Below are positions 61,004 through 64,000 of a stretch of DNA of 64,000 nt, one piece after another. Every line of letters begins with the position of its first letter. Position 1 is the stretch's first letter. Source of the DNA: a phage; the sequence record NC_135731.1. One strand, given 5' to 3'. The position numbers were made by a program, and so were the translations under genes. The notes under the pieces were generated by a model. It was given only the letters and a program-made list of their open reading frames with translations. It was not told the DNA's origin and did not search any database.

Positions 61004-61831
61004 TTATGCCAGTGCAGCCTCAAAATCTTTCATCATATTTTGGAAAGTTTTTGCCTTACTTAAGGTAACACCGTACTCTTTAGCGAAGGTTTGGAGTGCA
61101 TCTTTTGAACCACTTTTGTCATCTTCGTTGTTAAGAGCTGCGGCCTGTTTAAGGATTTCATCCTTATTCTCAACAGCTGCAGATGCGAAAGAGGCTACAG
61201 CCACATCTTGTGGATCTGCTACAGGACCTTCACCGTCACCACCAGGTTCAGTAGGACCTACAGGCGGCTCCGGCTCTGGTTCAGGCGGTGGAGCTATCGT
61301 AGAGACCAGCCCAAGATTTACAACCTGAGAACGTTTCTTAGGCCACTCAATGGTGAAAGTTTGGGTATCTTCTTCATAAACAATGTTGCATTGCTCATCG
61401 TTTATGGTCACTTTTTTAGGCATCCCTACAGGGTCCCACAGATGTCCCTCTGCCACGGAAACTTTGAAAGCAGCATCTACCTCTTTAAACACTGACGGAG
61501 TGAGTGTGATATTGACATCCCCGCTTTGCAGTGTTAAAGTGCTTTCATCAAGGTTCTCTGTGAAGAACAGAAGAATAACACCCATACGGATGGTTGAAAT
61601 ACCAGTATCAATTGGCAGGCCTGTGTGTTTTGCAATCTTCTGGAAGAAGTCTACAATCGTTCTACATGGATAGTGAACACTGCCAATAACGAATTCTGTT
61701 GGTGGCAGCAGAGCTGATAAACCAACATTGATTTCTGGATTGTATTGTGCTAAAAATTGATAAAAACTTAATTGATTGTTGAAAACTCTTAATAGAGGAT
61801 CATACTCAACTGGATATACGGCTCTCTTCAC
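61004..61831 (-). CDS. virion structural protein (275 aa) with Pro/Glu-rich linker
   Basis: First gene after the major capsid terminator; internal linker PPPEPEPEPPVGPTEPGGDGEGP between two folded-looking halves. Confidence 0.4.
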   Translation of the reverse strand: MKRAVYPVEYDPLLRVFNNQLSFYQFLAQYNPEINVGLSALLPPTEFVIGSVHYPCRTIVDFFQKIAKHTGLPIDTGISTIRMGVILLFFTENLDESTLTLQSGDVNITLTPSVFKEVDAAFKVSVAEGHLWDPVGMPKKVTINDEQCNIVYEEDTQTFTIEWPKKRSQVVNLGLVSTIAPPPEPEPEPPVGPTEPGGDGEGPVADPQDVAVASFASAAVENKDEILKQAAALNNEDDKSGSKDALQTFAKEYGVTLSKAKTFQNMMKDFEAALA

Positions 61832-61850
61832 GGGACACTCCTGTTAAACC

Positions 61851-61887
61851 CTAATAAATAAAAAGGGGAGGGGAGAACCCCCTCCCC
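61851..61887 (-). terminator. strong rho-independent terminator after the major capsid gene
   Basis: Hairpin GGGGAGGGGG-TTCT-CCCCTCCCC followed on the minus strand by TTTTTATTTATT, 25 nt after the stop at 61912. Confidence 0.7.
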
Positions 61888-61911
61888 ATATGGGATGAAT
61901 CACCTTAGTGA

Positions 61912-62922
61912 TTAGCCACCGTTTTTCAGAGTTACTTTAACAACCAGCTCTGGACGGGTGTTAACTGCCAGCATAGAAGTTTCAGATTCAATCTTCTCTT
62001 CACGCAGGTATGCAGAATGTTTATACCACATATACAGTTCCTGTGCTGGGGTATTTGCTTCGTTAACATCGTCTGCCGGAGCAAAGTGCAGCTGGAACAT
62101 CTGATCAATACCCATCGGCAGAATGCGAGCTTCTTTCTTAGGAATATTGCCAGAGATATCTTCGATAAAGGTGATACCTTTATGCTCAAACACACGGTAT
62201 ACGCTGTCTTGACCGCCAGCACCCAGACGGCGACGCAGAGGTTCCTGAGCAGAGCCGTAATAGGTGTATGCCAGTTCTACCAGCGGGTGATGGGTAATAG
62301 CACTGAAGAACTCTGGTGAGCACAGGGCTACGATGCGATAGCCAGCTGCGTTATCGCCAGCTTGCAGCGCGATGTGCAGACGAGCTTCTTCCAGAACCTC
62401 CATAGGATCCTGATCTGCTTTTGCAGGGTCAATTTCAACAGATTTCTGAGACACACCCCACAGAGTGTAGTAATCATACTGGCAGGTGGTGTCACCAGGT
62501 GCATAGGATTTACCTAGAATAGCCTGGAACAGCGCTTTCTCACGCAGTGCTTCATGAGAAACACGGATACGGCGAACAACGCGGGTTACTACGTCCTGAA
62601 CAGTTTTCGGAGCATCAGGGGTGAAGTAACGACGGAAGTTCTGAACATCTGCTGCGGTAATGCCTTTGTCCAGAGGGAAGAACGGGATGTTCAGGTTTTT
62701 AACCTGAGCACGTTCACTACCAACGTAGTTACGCTCACCACCACGACGGCGTGCCGGAATGTCGGTTACAACTTCATCAACACGTTCGATCTGAGCAATT
62801 GTTGAGGTGCCAAGGCGAGTTTCGAACAGATCCATACCGGTAATCAGGCGAAATTGACGCGGAACAAGGTCCAGAGTAGCACCTAAATCAACAATGCCAA
62901 ATTCATCTTTACGAGTAATCAT
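61912..62922 (-). CDS. major capsid protein (lambda gpE-like family)
   Basis: 336 aa, preceded by scaffold-like and decoration-like genes and followed by a strong terminator, the lambda-type head order; weak sequence resemblance to gpE, so family assignment is partly positional. Confidence 0.65.
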   Translation of the reverse strand: MITRKDEFGIVDLGATLDLVPRQFRLITGMDLFETRLGTSTIAQIERVDEVVTDIPARRRGGERNYVGSERAQVKNLNIPFFPLDKGITAADVQNFRRYFTPDAPKTVQDVVTRVVRRIRVSHEALREKALFQAILGKSYAPGDTTCQYDYYTLWGVSQKSVEIDPAKADQDPMEVLEEARLHIALQAGDNAAGYRIVALCSPEFFSAITHHPLVELAYTYYGSAQEPLRRRLGAGGQDSVYRVFEHKGITFIEDISGNIPKKEARILPMGIDQMFQLHFAPADDVNEANTPAQELYMWYKHSAYLREEKIESETSMLAVNTRPELVVKVTLKNGG

Positions 62923-62970
62923 TTATTTCTCCAAAGTAAAACTTAAATATTTTCCCGAACAATTTAGGGC

Positions 62971-63360
62971 TTACTCTTCACCAAGAGTCTGGACGTGAAC
63001 TTTGTTACCCAGAGCTTCCAGCTTTTCAAGAACAGCCTGCTTAGCTGCTTCACCGTTAGACCCTAGCAGTTTATCTTTTGCAAAGGTAACACCGTGAACT
63101 GCAACAACCAGTTTATATTTCTGACCTGTTTGCAGAGGCTCAGCGAGATGAACTTTTCCTGCATCTTTTACCAGAGCTCGGTCTACAAGAACACCATAAA
63201 CGTCTGAGCCATCATCGTTAGCGATAGTGCCAGTTTTTGTTACAACAGTACCAGCATGATGGTGCTCTGTCAGTGTAATTTCCATCTCTTTAAAATTGTA
63301 GCCAGCATCGCTAGAATCAACTTTGCCGAGCACGATATCAGAATATTGAGCGGTAATCAT
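62971..63360 (-). CDS. head decoration protein (lambda gpD-like position), 129 aa
   Basis: Small protein between the scaffold-like and major capsid genes; Gly/Val-rich beta-type composition. Confidence 0.55.
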   Translation of the reverse strand: MITAQYSDIVLGKVDSSDAGYNFKEMEITLTEHHHAGTVVTKTGTIANDDGSDVYGVLVDRALVKDAGKVHLAEPLQTGQKYKLVVAVHGVTFAKDKLLGSNGEAAKQAVLEKLEALGNKVHVQTLGEE

Positions 63361-63380
63361 TTATTTCCCCCGTTAATGTC

Positions 63381-64000
63381 TTATTTGTTAGATTCTGCAC
63401 GTGCACGAGCAAGTGCTTTTGCAACGTTTTCAGCAAGAATTTCTTCTGCGGATTTTGCAATATCATCCACAACAGGTTCGCCATCATTACCATGTTCAGT
63501 GGTGGCAAACTCTTCTTTAGTTTTATGCACCTCTGCTTCCAGCTCTTCAATTTTTGCTTGAGCTTTCTCCAGCATAGCTACGATAGGTTCGTTAGCTTTT
63601 TCCAGCATGAAGTCAACCAGGGTTGCGTGATCTTCTTCACCAACAAAGCTTAAAGCTTGAGCCTTAGTCAGCATTTTAGCTTTTTCAACTTCAACCTGGG
63701 CCTTGATGATTTCTTCAGCTTTACTCTGGGTTGCTTTCAGCTCTTCTACTTGCTTCAGCAGATCCAGATACTCTTTAGTTTTGGTTACGTCCACCGGATT
63801 CTCCTCGGTATTTGCGGATTTTGCAACATCATCCACCTCGGTAGTTTTATCCACCTCAGCAGGTTCCTGTACCGCCTTGATCAGGTTCCCTTCTTTATCG
63901 AAGAGATCAGCGGTTACTTGTTCAAAAATCTGTTGTGTTTTTAACAGGCTGTACTGATCTACCACACTAAGCTGCTTGCCTTCTTTTGCAGCCTTATGAA
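63381..64000 (-). CDS. head scaffolding protein, C-terminal part (possibly the end of a protease-scaffold fusion); 5' end beyond the window
   Basis: Highly charged Ala/Glu/Lys-rich coiled-coil sequence (KAQVEVEKAKM ... KIEELEAEVHKTKEE); the frame stays open upstream of the track start at 63965 to the window end, and the GTG at 63965 has no well-placed RBS. Confidence 0.55.
   Translation of the reverse strand, partial: HKAAKEGKQLSVVDQYSLLKTQQIFEQVTADLFDKEGNLIKAVQEPAEVDKTTEVDDVAKSANTEENPVDVTKTKEYLDLLKQVEELKATQSKAEEIIKAQVEVEKAKMLTKAQALSFVGEEDHATLVDFMLEKANEPIVAMLEKAQAKIEELEAEVHKTKEEFATTEHGNDGEPVVDDIAKSAEEILAENVAKALARARAESNK

Noticed and set aside
1-64000. Prophage, integrase, CRISPR array or tRNA genes
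   Set aside because: No integrase or repressor-like ORF, no direct-repeat array, and no intergenic gap longer than about 165 bp that could hold a tRNA; tRNA detection by eye is unreliable, so this is a weak negative.

Overview
This window reads as one contiguous stretch of a virulent tailed-phage genome, densely coding, with no integrase, tRNA, CRISPR array or long non-coding gap seen. No database search or structure prediction was run; all homology statements are motif-level comparisons from memory and need confirmation. Minus strand 1-15092 is a replication and early-middle block: T7-like family A DNA polymerase (partial at window start), TOPRIM/DnaB-type primase-helicase, a small C5-methyltransferase-like protein, an SF1B Dda-like helicase, T4-like rIIA and rIIB homologs, a signal-peptide SleB-type cell-wall hydrolase, and a MoxR-class AAA+ ATPase. 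Plus strand 15169-22187 is an early operon of small proteins, including four tandem ~87-aa paralogs, a VWA/metallopeptidase-like partner for the MoxR ATPase, and a HAD-type hydrolase. Minus strand 22235-64000 is the virion block: scaffold, decoration protein and lambda-E-like major capsid protein, then sheath-like and tube-like proteins, frameshifting tail chaperones and a tape measure protein. Downstream are a P2 gpV-like spike, a 1268-aa fibre with a C-terminal S74 chaperone domain, a lambda gpJ-like 1199-aa protein, two paralogous tail fibre genes with a Tfa chaperone, and an 1875-aa repeat-rich protein. The most interesting observations are the mosaic tail (contractile-tail parts plus a gpJ-like protein), the tandem small-paralog array, the duplicated fibre genes, a minimal C5-MTase-like gene beside the replisome, the hydrolase-rIIA-rIIB operon, and a palindrome-bearing promoter ahead of the chaperone-tape measure operon. 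I could not pin down a single clearly novel system; the findings are ranked candidates.
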